A DNA stretch of 63,958 nucleotides, the filler included, from Octopus bimaculoides (lineage: Eukaryota), in the NCBI RefSeq assembly GCF_001194135.2. It is 3 parts of 3 records of this genome, joined end to end, with 100 filler letters (N's around TTAATTAATTAA, not from the genome) between each part and the next. Parts side by side here need not be neighbours in the genome. Positions count along the whole stretch, not along the records: positions 30,592 to 60,638 come from NC_068994.1; positions 60,739 to 63,958 come from NW_026323080.1; 1 more part is not named here. One strand, 5' to 3'. The notes below the pieces were generated by a model. That model was given only the letters and a program-made list of their open reading frames with translations. It ran no database searches and was not told the DNA's origin. Positions 50,531 to 63,930 of the stretch are shown in pieces (the first letter of the stretch is position 1; the number at the start of each line of letters is the position of its first letter). Position numbers and translations under genes: made by a program.

Positions 50531-51479
50531 TTTACGTGATCAACTATAATGATTGTCACATTGTTGTGGTAAGCAAATGTTGACTGAAATGCTCCTCAGG
50601 CTCCCATTTTTACCTTTATTGTAAGGCCAGCCACGGTTGTGTGATTAGATCATATTACTACCTCATACTTCCAATTCAATGCTGCTGTGAGAATCTTGGA
50701 TAAATGTCTTCTATTGTCTCGTATTGATTAATACCTCATTAGTGGAATTTAGTTGAGGGGTAACTAAAATTTCATGATTTATGTAAAGAGTTGAATAAAT
50801 TATTTGTATTAAAATGTTTCAATGCCTGTAACTAAAGTAAATAGAAAGAGAAGCGTGAAATTTTGTATCTTTTTCATAACGTAAGACATTACTGGGAATA
50901 GTCAGAAATCACTCGATGTCGCGATTCGCTAGATTACTCACGTGGTCAACAAAATCTGACTAGTTGCGATTTCGCATGGAATAGGCTCCAGCGACGATTT
51001 TATCTTTTGGCACGCATCTTTCTGAGCCTGTCGATTAGTATAAATTCTGCACGTCTTGTCTCCTTGACAGAAAGCTTTGGGATGCAGCAGAGAAAGCATT
51101 GAAAAACACCAGAGACAGACGTGGATATATGCTGACAACAACCACAAAAAACGATCAGCAACAACACGACCTGCAGTTAATTTTTAGACTATTACAATTA
51201 AAACTAACATTCAAACTCTCGACATTTTTTTTTTATGTACTCTTGTGTTCTAATTAGTGGTGATCGAATAAAAGAATAGAAATTTTGTTTGTCAAAAATC
51301 GCGACCTTCACTAGCGTTCTTTTTTGTGCATTACTCAATATAGTCATCATCAACAGTTATATTTGGCTGAATAGGAATGCTGACACCTGCATGCTTTCGT
51401 TGCATCATTCACATTAATAGAGCTGAATGTCTCAGTGTGACAAAGTTGTAAGGTGTTGCATTAGAATTCCAAATATCAC

Positions 51480-52080
51480 ACGTGTTTAGAGCTTGTGATT
51501 TCTTTCTGCAGGCGCTTTGAACTGCGTGTTGGTGCTCAATCTTCGATGAACATAACCTCATTCAGATCATGATTTTTAATAATTCTTGGTATCAGAACTT
51601 TATCAAAGATATTCAGACAATTTGTTGTGTTGCTGTTAAAACCAGCTTCTTTGAAATTAAATAACACCACATGTCCATTTCTTGCATTGGCTCCAAACCT
51701 CATTACCAGGACAGTTCTTGCTTTTACATGACAGCAAGAACTATAGAAAGGTGCAACTCTGCAGTTGTGTCTATTGATGACTTGATCAATTACGAATTCC
51801 TCAACAAAACTACTCACTTTCTTTCCTGTGTACTTCAGGCGAGACACTTTGGCACTAGTACAACCTAAAAGCCTTAGGAAAAACTGTGAAAATGTTTGGA
51901 TGGAAACGAGGTTACGACTTTTAATAACTCAGTCCTTTTAAAAACTTCTAGCAATTGTCTTCCTGCATACTCCAGATTTTTGCAACTTTGATCATGCTGA
52001 TGGATAGATACACATTGATAGATCGTTTTAAACCAGCCAGAAAGGTGTGGGTACACTTATAATCACAACAGTCATCCTGC
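51480..52080 (-). pseudogene. Decayed mariner/maT-like transposase
   Basis: FVIDQVINRHNCR..VLVMRFGANARNGHVVLFNFKEAGFNSNT..KVLIPRIIK..VMFIED-AP resembles a DDD catalytic domain. Confidence 0.6.
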
Positions 52081-52583
52081 AATTAACGGGGATTATCTCT
52101 TGTAGCCTTAAGTATTATCAGAGTAAACTACTTCTATTGTATACCTGTATTGGCAATTATGTTATGAGACCTACACTTAACATGATTCAGTTCAACCAAT
52201 AAATTTCATTATTATGATTTCATAACTTCAGTACAATCTATCTCGAGTCACATGAAAAGCTAGTAAGACTTGTTACATGTAAAAAATAGTCTTTAATTCA
52301 TGATGTTTATAAAGACGTGTTATTTTTTAAATAGTCTCAAATTAGCCAGTTGGGTCTGTCTGTATGGCAAGGAGAATGCAATGCTTTACAAACAATATCC
52401 ATTGAAATGTAGACACTTCCATGTTAATTTTCATTACCAGAAATGCAATGAACCAGTAACTAATCTGTCACCAATGACACCACTGTTCACTAATTGTGAT
52501 GTAAATTCATACTCAAAAGGTTGGTGTTTATGTACAGAAGTGGTGGTAGGAAACAAAAACAAAGATACACATATACATACATA

Positions 52584-53083
52584 GGTGCTACTTTGGCGTG
52601 TCATCTACAATTTAAAGCGAGATTACTTTAGGTTACTTTTTAGTTAAGTTTTCAATTTCTAAAAACCCTTAAGATGTTAGCTAAAGAATTTTACAATGTA
52701 ATCAGCGGTGAAACGAAGGCAATTGCATTTTAGATGAAGAAGAAAATGTTAGTCCATATCATCGGTGTGGTGGAGAAATGAAGGAAGCTCGAAGAGAAGG
52801 GAAAAACGGTGAAATTTTGCCAACTTCACGTTGCAAAACTCGCAGCTCCCAGGCTTGTGTGATATACGCGCTTATTCTAATTATTATATTGTTTATTCTC
52901 AATTTCCTATTATTATTTACTAAGACATAAATGATACATGGTTTTATTGTTATTAAAATAGTGAGAATTTTGAAAAAAATACATTTACAATGCTAAGAAT
53001 GAACAAAGAATTTATTTTAAAAATTTAGAAATTGAGAAGTAATCTCCCTTTAAATTGTAGATCACACACCAAAGTAGCATCCG
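52584..53083. mobile_element. Non-autonomous DNA transposon/MITE, ~45 bp TIRs
   Basis: GGTGCTACTTTGGCGTGTCATCTACAATTTAAAGCGAGATTACT vs AGTAATCTCCCTTTAAATTGTAGATCACACACCAAAGTAGCATCCG; TA flanks. Confidence 0.8.
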
Positions 53084-53479
53084 TACATACATACATAACA
53101 CGGACTTCTTTCAGTTTATAGGAAAGTTGGTTATACATCATTAGATGTATACCTGACTTTCCTAAATAAAATTATGAAATATAACGGAACGCCGAACTCC
53201 AGACTATCAACCTATACAACATTTATTCAGGTGGTAAATATATACATCTTTAGCTCAAGTTGTTACAGCTTCTATGTGTGTGAGCATAGTTGTTGGGACG
53301 TTGTTATGTAGATGTGAGCGAGCTGTCGAGTGTAAGTCCGAAAGATGGAGAGTGACAGCTATACACGTAAAGAGACTGTCTCCAGGTTGGAATGTTGGAG
53401 ACACTCCTTGACACGTCCATGCTCTATTGCTGGCCAGCAAGAAAGAGAATGAATTGAGCGGGAACGCTTGGTTGTTTAA

Positions 53480-53535
53480 CTCTACGCATGCGTGAGACTA
53501 CGCATGCGCACGGCGTTACTACAAGTTTCCGTCAA
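53480..53535. promoter_or_regulatory. Candidate CpG-rich promoter motifs
   Basis: Two ACGCATGCG palindromes (NRF1-like) and ACTACAAGTTTCC (ZNF143/SBS-like). Confidence 0.35.
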
Positions 53536-54284
53536 GGCTTTAGTAGGAAGGGAGCTAGAGTAGATGACACATGGTTGGGAAGCAAGCCTAGCTACGACAT
53601 AACCACACCTCATATTCATACACTTTGAAACAATACTCTCTACGACAAATCATGAAATAGTGCCATTGCAGAGGAAGAAAGAAAACAGTTCTATCAACCT
53701 AAGTTGCTAAATATTTCAGATGAAACATTTGATGTCCATGTCAAACAAAACACTAATTCACTGGAAACAAAAAATCTGTTTCATGTAAAAAGGAAAAATA
53801 TGTCTAACATTTGTTAGCAGTGTATGCATATGCATGCACGTACTTACTTAATGACTAAAACAAGTAATATACGTGTATTACGTATGTTACTTGCTCCAGT
53901 CATTGAACTGAGGCGAAGTTGGGGTACTACCTTGAAGGCTTTTGGTAGAAATGATCGAGGGTCTCTATTGCTGAACTGCTAGGTTATGGGGGCGTAAACA
54001 AATCAACACGGATTGTCAAGCAGTGACAAAGTATACACACATCACGGTCTTCAACAGTTTTCTTCTTCCAAATTCACTCACATTGATCGAACTGAAGGTA
54101 TTGTAGAAGACAGTAACTCAAGGTGCTGCAATGTGGAACTGAACACGAAACGAGACGGTTGCAAAGTGGGATTCTTAACCATTCAGTGACGCCTGCGCGC
54201 AAACACATACAAACACACAAATTAAGAGAGAAGTCTTTCTTACTGGACAAGAGGACAGCTGTATAGATGTGTTTCTGCCTTAGT

Positions 54285-54628
54285 GAGCTGAGAGACCCAC
54301 CTTTGGTCATGACCGACAATGGGATTGCACCTAGAAAGTTACCCTCCGAGGCACAAGTCCGGGCAAAGTTGTTTATGAAAGACCAGTTGTTGCCCATGCA
54401 TACCGGTCTCCCCTCTCTACGCCACCAGTGTTATCCAAGGGAAAGGCAAAGGCCGATACAGTTTGGAACCAGTGACGTCGCAACTAATTTCTACAGCTAA
54501 GTGAACTGGAGCAACGTGAAATAGAGTGTCTTGCTCAAGAACACAACACGCAGCCCGGTCCGGGATTCGAACTCACAACCTCGCGATCGTAAGCTCAACG
54601 CTCTAACCACTGAGCCATGCGCCTTCAC
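54285..54628 (-). mobile_element. Full-length S1 SINE with 10 bp TSD
   Basis: Intact A-box and B-box (GGTTGTGAGTTCGAATCCC); TSD CTGCCTTAGT at 54275-54284 and 54629-54638. Confidence 0.9.
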
Positions 54629-57051
54629 CTGCCTTAGTAGGTGTCATCAGCACAGCAGGCTTTCTACCTTGACTCCAGTCATACGTATGACTGAGATATA
54701 TGCCGAAAAAAATAGAGAACATTTATGGCCAATGGGAATTTACATAACGAAATGAGCCTAGCGAAAATGAACTAAGAGAAAATAACTCAGAGTAGCCAAT
54801 GGCATGAATTGTAACTAGAATAACGAAGAAATATTTCTACTCTATATCNNNNNNNNNNNNNNNNNNNNNNNNNNNNNNNNNNNNNNNNNNNNNNNNNNNN
54901 NNNNNNNNNNNNNNNNNNNNNNNNNNNNNNNNNNNNNNNNNNNNNNNNNNNNNNNNNNNNNNNNNNNNNNNNNNNNNNNNNNNNNNNNNNNNNNNNNNNN
55001 NNNNNNNNNNNNNNNNNNNNNNNNNNNNNNNNNNNNNNNNNNNNNNNNNNNNNNNNNNNNNNNNNNNNNNNNNNNNNNNNNNNNNNNNNNNNNNNNNNNN
55101 NNNNNNNNNNNNNNNNNNNNNNNNNNNNNNNNNNNNNNNNNNNNNNNNNNNNNNNNNNNNNNNNNNNNNNNNNNNNNNNNNNNNNNNNNNNNNNNNNNNN
55201 NNNNNNNNNNNNNNNNNNNNNNNNNNNNNNNNNNNNNNNNNNNNNNNNNNNNNNNNNNNNNNNNNNNNNNNNNNNNNNNNNNNNNNNNNNNNNNNNNNNN
55301 NNNNNNNNNNNNNNNNNNNNNNNNNNNNNNNNNNNNNNNNNNNNNNNNNNNNNNNNNNNNNNNNNNNNNNNNNNNNNNNNNNNNNNNNNNNNNNNNNNNN
55401 NNNNNNNNNNNNNNNNNNNNNNNNNNNNNNNNNNNNNNNNNNNNNNNNNNNNNNNNNNNNNNNNNNNNNNNNNNNNNNNNNNNNNNNNNNNNNNNNNNNN
55501 NNNNNNNNNNNNNNNNNNNNNNNNNNNNNNNNNNNNNNNNNNNNNNNNNNNNNNNNNNNNNNNNNNNNNNNNNNNNNNNNNNNNNNNNNNNNNNNNNNNN
55601 NNNNNNNNNNNNNNNNNNNNNNNNNNNNNNAAAATTTTATTAAAAGATATCCATTTTCCTAAAAGTTACGAGGGGAAAAATCGGATCTTGTGAATTTTCC
55701 GAAAGCCCTCTCCCCACCTTTCAGTTCGTTAGCGCAAATTTTTGTTTTCATATTCGTTTAATACACATTTTTTTACACTTACTACACTTTTGCCTACCAA
55801 AAAGCGTGAATAAATTCATTTAGGTATTTTTAAATATTTATTTAATCGCTAATAATTTACCTCTCTTTCTATCTCTCTCTCTCTTACACACACACATACA
55901 CACGTTTTCAAGATAGTTGGTTCTTTGATGCAAAAATATATTGCGAGTTTTCCTCACAGCATTCGTTTGATGGCCGCGTGTAAACTGGTCGAAGAGTAGT
56001 AAGTTGGTAGATTTCATAGCACAATAAACAGCCGGTAGGGGTGACCATCGAACTGATTCGCTGTTCCGTACACCGTGTGCTGTCAACTTGTCGATCTTAT
56101 TATGTATGTGTGTATATATATATGTAATACATAAATATATATATCATATATATATATGTATATGCACACATATCTCTATATTTCAAATCAGTGGATTGTA
56201 CAGATATAAGCCAGTAAGCCAGACAAGTAAACCAGTGGTATTTACACAAATACCTCATACAGCATACACACGGTTGTTGACGAGTTTCCAAGCGTAGTTC
56301 TTCCTAGTTGAGACTTCGAGGTATGATTAAATTCCTTCTAACCTGTATCTCGCTCTCTTGCCAAGAATGCATTTCCTAATGTAAATGGTGTATCTGTCGT
56401 CTCGTTTTTTGTTGTTGTTTAACCCCAGGTTTTCTCTGATTGAGCAGACCTATTATCAAAGCCATTCCAGCCTCGATCATCTCATAATCCTAAGATCAAG
56501 TGGAAGATAATGTTGTTCTAGATGCATATTACAAACACACACACACATACATACATACACCGTTATTTAATGATGATTCAGTGTGATTTTGAGGTTACTT
56601 GTTTGCCATATCTAACAGATCGAACTTCATCAAATCCTTTGGTTGCCTTAACTTTCTATGAGCATTAATTTCATGCGAGTGAGGACTGCAAACATCTCTT
56701 TCGTATCTTACCCAAACAACCATCATGCTTCACAGAACAACATTCTATGGTAGTCTCCAGAGATGGCGGGTCAGGTTTGTTAAATTATGTATGGAATGAA
56801 ATACAATACGCGTTATAACATAACCACCAACATACATATATTTGTGTTGTGTACGCCTGTTTTTATTGATGTGTATGTATAAATCTCTCTCTCTCTCCCT
56901 CCCTATATCTATCTATCTATCTATCTTTATACATGTATATATATATATATTCTTTTATCCGCTGCGGCGATGCTGGGGCATCTTTTTTTTTGTTTAAGAT
57001 AGCTATATATATATGTGGGTTGTATATATATATATATATTATTTCTGTCTT

Positions 57052-57121
<70 letters not shown>

Positions 57122-60100
57122 GTATGTTTGCATATGCATGTGTATTTATTTGCACTCATACATGCAGATTATAAACACCTGGCACTTAACTGTATTTGTA
57201 TGTCATTTCACATGCATTTGTTTGTATTTTGCTTTACGTTTTCTAATATGTGTTTGCGCGCGCGCTGTATATTTATTTGTGAGAGAGTGTTGTGATGACA
57301 CATGTCAAATGTTATTTCCTCATTTAATAACACTTGCTTAGAAACGGGTAAAACATATATTACTGTTTGTTAATCGTTATGGAACAACTTCAGAAAGCCT
57401 CATTGTTTCCACTGTTTATCTGATCCCCCACAAAACCTTTATCGTTCCTTCTGGCTGTGGAGTCGCTATAGCGTCAGATGAAAAATAAAAAAGAATTGTT
57501 TGTGGTATTATTTTAGTTCCGAACCTTTATGTTCTGAGTTCAAATCTTCAGGTTTGCTATAATAAAATATCAGCGAAGTACTGGAGTTGATTTAATAATC
57601 CTATAAAGATTCGTACATATGGATGAAATTATAATAGAATACGAACCAAACCTGTCACCGTTTAAGAATTTTTTGGGGGGTGGGGATTAAAATAATTATT
57701 GTTATAAACCTAATTATTTTATTTCTTGCATTTGTATGATATTCCATGTCTTTTAAATAAAGATTCATATTGCATCTCTTATTCGTAAGGTTGGTACTTC
57801 TAGTGATCTTTGTAAATCTGCTCTTAACGGATTAAGAGACATTAACGTCTCCAGTCACTTTATCTTTTCTTTTACTTGTTTCATGCTGGTGCACCGCCTT
57901 GAAGAATTCTTTAGTTGAATAAGTCAACCCTAGTACTTTGTTTTTGTTTTAAAGCCTGGTACTTGTTCTATCGGCCCTTTTTGCCGAACTGCTAAAGACA
58001 ACAACGCTACTTGTCAAGCAGTGGTGGGGGACAAACACAGACACGAAAATACACACATATTATAGATATATATGTGTATATACGATAAACATTTTTTAGT
58101 TTCCGTCTACGAAATCCACTCACAAAGCTTGAGGCTATAGTTGAAGACACTTGCCCAAGGTGCCACACAGTGAAATTGAACCTGGAACCATGTGGTTGGG
58201 ATGCAAGCTTTGACGATTCTTAGCCTTTCATTCTTTCAGGGTTGATTAAAAAAAATACCAGTAAGGGTAATGGGTTAGCCAAACTGTTAGGATGGATGGC
58301 TTCCCTTGTTTTGTAGCTTCCAGCTATTTGTATTCTAACAGTAACGCCTATGATAATACTGATACTATGCTGTGTCAGAACTAAAGTGGTGGCCTTTCCT
58401 TTGAATAACACTGGTGGCGTAGAGAGGGAGGATAGACTTGCATACATGACTAACTGCCAATCTTTCACTAAACACCTTGCCCAGGCTGGCAAGATGCAAA
58501 TACTTAGTCAACACTGAACAATGGCACCCATTTCTAAGCTGTTAGGTTTCAACTTACTATTGCTCAGTATCAGCCTCTCCCTCATTATAGAGTCGTTTGA
58601 AAAATTTCTACAAGCCCATAGGAAATCTACTGTTTGCATCACTGGGGAAATGCTTAGCAGCATTTCATCCATCTTCACATTTTGAGTTGAAATTCTGCTG
58701 AGATTGACTTTGCCTTTCATCCTTTCAGGGTTGATAAAATTAGTATCAGTTGAGTACTGGGATCAATGTAATCAACTTATCCCCTCTCCTGAAATTGCTG
58801 GCTTTGTGCCAAAATGTGAAACCAATATCAGCATGTCTTTCTTGCAAAGCCTCTAGATATTCCTGTTGTTCTTTGATTTATGCTGATTCACCTGGAAGTA
58901 GAGCCTTTGACCCTTACTAGTGTTTTTCAGACTGCTAAGAAGAAGAGTGAAAGTTGTCTTCTAATTGGAGACTGGTCTCCATGCTTGTAACAGGGTGAAC
59001 ACTACTATAGATACTCAAGAGCCATGTGGTGGAGATGGTGTTAATTTGGGCAAGGATTAAATCTATCACCCAGGAACAGGATCAGTCCCTCTGACAGTCT
59101 TCCAAACAATTTTTGCTTATTGAATGTCAGCCACAATATTTTGGTCAACGCGAAGCTTTTGTAGAAGTCTCTTTCCCAAAGTGCTGTTCAGTAGGATTAC
59201 TGGGAACCACAACAGCAAAACAATCTCATTAACCACTACACAGCCATATCTGCATTCATTACAATGTTCTTTGTAAACTGGCTGTGGATTTTACTGCCAA
59301 CATGCATCAATTTACTGTGGTAAATTATCCTTATTTCCATGACTGTTTTTATGTACTGCGTCTAGAGGAAAGGGCAGTGCTGATCAAGAGGCTCTACAGA
59401 GGTGCTATCATTAGCTCATTAACCAGAAAAGACATTACCAGTTGGGCTTTCAGTACTCTTAAGTGTTCTAACTAATGACCATCTGTAAGTTTTTACCACA
59501 TGCAATAAGACTGTGTTTTTCATGAAGGAGCCCTCTAAACTAGTGAGCTTGATGCTATTGATGTTTCATTTGAACTGTTGCAGGTCAGCCTTGTAGAAAA
59601 GACATGGGTGGGGAGGAGATTCCAGTGGGATAAAGACTGGAGAGGAAGGTCTATGTATGGTGGTTAGTGCAAGGCCAGGAACAGGTGGGTGGGGACAGAT
59701 ACAACGAAAGTGATGGGAGGTGGAGAGATGAGTGAGTTGGGCCTGTCTAAGTGGTGGAAGTACATGACCAGCCACTACCGAATTGTTGGTGCATTGGACA
59801 AAATGCTTTGTGGTATTTCTGCTGACTTACTACAATCTGAGTTCCAATTCTATTGGGGTCAACTTTGCCTTTAATCTCCCTGGGATCAATAAGATAGGTA
59901 CCAGGGTCACACGGGAGCTGATAGTATCAACTAAACCCCTCCTCTCATACTTGCTGGTCTTGCACCAAAATGTGAAACCATTATAGTAGCAATATGAAGA
60001 AGGAACAGAACACCTGTGAGCTAGAGGCTAGGGTGTATCCCTTTGTGATTGAATTCCAATTAGTTGAGTGGCCCTATTTATAACACATTATTTAGTTGAC

Positions 60101-60226
60101 AGGTAGTCAATATAGATTTGAGAAAATATTAAGGACAGGTTGAACTGAGATTACTGTTCCATAAAGGACAAAAAACTTCATGTGGACTAAAGTCAAAATT
60201 TTTATGTATGTTCCTTTTCTTATCAG

Positions 60227-60253
60227 GTGGATGAGGAAGATGAGCTAATAGAT
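60227..60253 (+). CDS. Candidate 27-nt coding microexon (VDEEDELID)
   Basis: TTCCTTTTCTTATCAG acceptor, GTAAGT donor, length a multiple of 3, open frame; parent gene not identified. Confidence 0.45.
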
Positions 60254-60591
60254 GTAAGTTTCTTTGATATCATAGAGGGCTTTTAATGGCCAAACTGTTC
60301 TGGGTTACTTGCACTGCAGCATGCAGAGTCCATGTCATCTCTGTTAGAACAATTAATTGTATTTTATTGAATTACAATTATTCAGTATTTGTGGTTACTA
60401 AGTTCATTCTACACTCATGTGAAGTGAACCCACCATGTAGCACCTTGAGCAAGTGTTTACACACATGCACATGTATGTATGTGTGAATTGATATATGTAT
60501 ATACACATATGTACATATTTGCATACACACATACATACGCATATGTGTAAATACACACACACACACACATATGTATATATATATATGTATG

Positions 60592-60638
<47 letters not shown>

Positions 60639-60938
60639 NNNNNNNNNNNNNNNNNNNNNNNNNNNNNNNNNNNNNNNNNNNNTTAATTAATTAANNNNNN
60701 NNNNNNNNNNNNNNNNNNNNNNNNNNNNNNNNNNNNNNCACACACACAGCATGATTCCACGCAATTTGCACCTACTAAACTCAGTCACATGACGCTGGTC
60801 ATTCTGGAATATTTTACCGTGTTTGTGAAGCAAACTTATCTAAACTACACCATCATCTGAATCTGTGTGTGTGTGTGTGTGTGTGTGTACTTTTTAAAAA
60901 AACACACACACACACACACACACATGCACTTTTAAGTA

Positions 60939-61149
60939 CGAGAGTGTGTTGAAAAGTTCCTGGCTTTGAGTGAAAGAAAATACAGGAGGATCAGTTAAGA
61001 TTTTATTCAACATATTCCCCTCACAAATTCACACTTATTGCAGAGGTCCTTCAGTTTTTCTAAACCCTGTAAAAGAACTCGAAAGTTTGGGTGCCGAAGC
61101 AAGCCTTTCATGATACCCTTAAAACCAGGAATTTTTCAGCACCCTTTCG
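60939..61149. mobile_element. Mariner-derived MITE
   Basis: ~30 bp TIR CGAGAGTGTGTTGAAAAGTTCCTGG / CCAGGAATTTTTCAGCACCCTTTCG; internal sequence is the reverse complement of 63474-63687. Confidence 0.8.
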
Positions 61150-61926
61150 TGTGTGTGTGTGTGTGTCTGTATACGCACACACACATGTGGACATTAATAC
61201 ACATATGTTCATATACCTACTCATATATACTTACACAGAACATACATTCATACATACATACATATATACATATATATATATATAAATATATATATGTATG
61301 TATATATGTATGTATGTATGTATATGTATACGCACACGTACACCCCATCGACCTGTTCATCCTTGGTTGGGAACGTTCCAACACTGTAAATTGTAAAGCT
61401 GGCAAGAATCCACCCAAGGAAGTTATTACTTAGCCTACATCTTAACCGTAACCTTAACCCTAACATAAGTTATTTGCAACCCGTGTATCCCCACCCCTTC
61501 TTCTCTACATCTTAACAATTCTTCCTGTGTACCCGAGTTTTTCTTAATCGCTGCCGTTGTTGTTATCCAGAGAAAAGTCTTGCTGGAAAGTTCCACAGAT
61601 CTGTAAGATAATTCCAATGTCTGTAATTAAACGAAAATATTTTCTTCACCCTGTATGTATGTATGTAAGTGTGCGTGTGTGTGTGTGTATGTATATATGT
61701 GCGTGTGTATGTGTCTGTACGTGCTTTGTTTTGTTTGATATATATACAGAAAAAAAAATAGTCAAAAATATATTAAAGGGTGTATACACCCCTCCACACA
61801 TATATGTGTATATTTACATATACGCACACATCCTCCATATATACATATGTACATACACATACGCACACACACATATATATATGTTTGTTGTTTTTAGTAT
61901 TACCTAAAAATAAACATTTATTAAAG

Positions 61927-61967
<41 letters not shown>

Positions 61968-62390
61968 NNNNNNNNNNNNNNNNNNNNNNNNNNNNNNNNN
62001 NNNNNNNNNNNNNNNNNNNNNNNNNATATACCCTTTAATAAACGTTTCTAGATATATAATGTGTGTGTATATATATATATATATACATACCATTTATATA
62101 TATGTATATACATAGATATGTATATACATAGATATGTATACACTTCATATATGTATATATAAATGCACATATACACATATATGTATATGTGTGTATGTTT
62201 TGTATATACATAAAAGAGTTAAATATTTATCAAAGGATATGTGTAGGTATGTGTGCGTATGTGTGTATGTGCGTGACTGCGTGTGTGCATATTTATATGC
62301 ATAAATATCTGCTGTTATGTATACGTAAAAAAATTATATTTATTAAAGTATGTATGCATGTGTGACTAAATATACATATATATATATATT

Positions 62391-62790
62391 AGCCAAAAAG
62401 CCGCCCGATAGGGCAACTTTTAAGCTAGTATGTTACCTTTAAGCAGCTAACTCCGAATGGGAAGACCTGCAAACAGATCTCTGACTTGTTTTGGAGGATT
62501 TGTTGCAATTGCTTCCTCCAGACGTCATATCCCAGCGATGGTCATACTCGTCGCTGAAAATCATGTAAAAACAAATCGCCGAAAACAATCGCAGTAATGA
62601 AAACATAGGAATCCGAAATTTCAGGATTGCAGGTCCGGATTCGGTCCGGAATGTTTTTAATTTACTCACGGAGTCAGCCTGATTCCAAAATGGTATGTTA
62701 TGTTGGGTTACGGCCACTAGGAGTGAAGTTGAAAAAGTGTGACACACTGACGCACTGACATTCATATTTATTATATTATTATATTACATT
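62391..62790 (+). mobile_element. Possible non-autonomous Helitron-like repeat
   Basis: CpG-rich island in a TA context, starting TAGCCAAAAAGCCGCCCG and ending ACTGACGCACTGACATTCATATTTATTATAT; assignment rests on terminal pattern only. Confidence 0.35.
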
Positions 62791-63473
62791 ATATTATATT
62801 ATATTAAGGCGACGAGCTGGCAGGATCGTTAGCACGCCAGTGCAAAATGCTTAGCAATATTTCGTCTGCCGTTAGGTTTTGAGTTCGAATTCCGCCGAGT
62901 TCAAATTCCGCCGAGGCTGCTGTACAAGACGTGTACACACCCAATTTTGGCTTCGTCAGACTGTAGGCTTTTATTTTTTCCTAAGTCTTATATATTTTGG
63001 TTCGTCTTACGTATGTATGCCTTAGTGGTTGTGAAGCAGATGTGTTTAATTTTTTTATTTTGTGATGTATTAGATTCATAGATTGTTTGACAGCATGTGC
63101 AGATATAAGATGTTTTAATTGATATATTTCAACGGAGCTAAGAGTTTTCAGTTGGTGGAAGCAAGGAGGTGTAGAGAAAGAATTAGAGGAAAAGAAAAGC
63201 GGGGGTTGGAAAAAATAAAAGGAGGAGGAGGAGGATGAAGAAATACAAGAAGAAAGGAAATAGAGGAAGAGGAAGAAAGAAAAAGAGAAACAGGAAAAAG
63301 AAAGAGATGTGAGAAGAGAAGCATTAAAGACTGGGTCGGTTTGTTGATTAAACATTTTGATAAAGAAATGGGTTAAATTTTGGTGATTGATGTTAATACT
63401 GAGACATTGGTAAAGGATTGGTCATGTTTATGTTGGAATCAACAAATGAGTGTGTCTTAAGCCGTTCTATATA

Positions 63474-63686
63474 TGAGGGGGTGCTGAAAAGTTCCTCGCT
63501 TTAAGGGTATCACAAAAGGTCTAGCTGGAGGTCCAACCTTCCGAGTTCTTCTACAGGGTTTAGAAAAACTGAAGGACCGCTGCAATAAGAGTACGAATCA
63601 GAGAAGGAATAAGTAAAATAAAAGCATAACTAACTGATTATCCTGTATTTTCTTTTACTCAGAGCCTAGAGTAAAAGCATCACTTC

Positions 63687-63687
<1 letters not shown>
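63474..63687. mobile_element. Mariner-derived MITE, second copy
   Basis: TA-TGAGGGGGTGCTGAAAAGTTCC; internal GLEKLKDRCNK resembles a mariner C-terminus. Confidence 0.75.
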
Positions 63688-63726
<39 letters not shown>

Positions 63727-63885
63727 TTGTTTTGCAAGATTTTTGATGTGAAATCGTGTGTTGAAACAGATGTTGTTGTACTTGGGGATGGTCATATTGC
63801 CAGTTTAGCCAATAAAAACACACGCACTGTATATTTGGTGTTAATTTGCTTCAGCTTTATATTACATTAATCTTAATCTTATTTC

Positions 63886-63930
63886 GGCCAGAGTTCTTTC
63901 GTCACACTTCTGTGACCTCATCAGTGGTCC
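63886..63930 (-). ncRNA. Minimal type-I hammerhead motif (family H5), core intact
   Basis: Minus strand GGACCA-CTGATGA-G-GTCACA(GAAG)TGTGAC-GAAA-GAACT-C-TGGCC. Confidence 0.8.

Noticed and set aside
62921-62967. CTGACGA-AGCC hammerhead-like start on the minus strand
   Set aside because: GAAA is missing and helix I is out of register; at most a remnant
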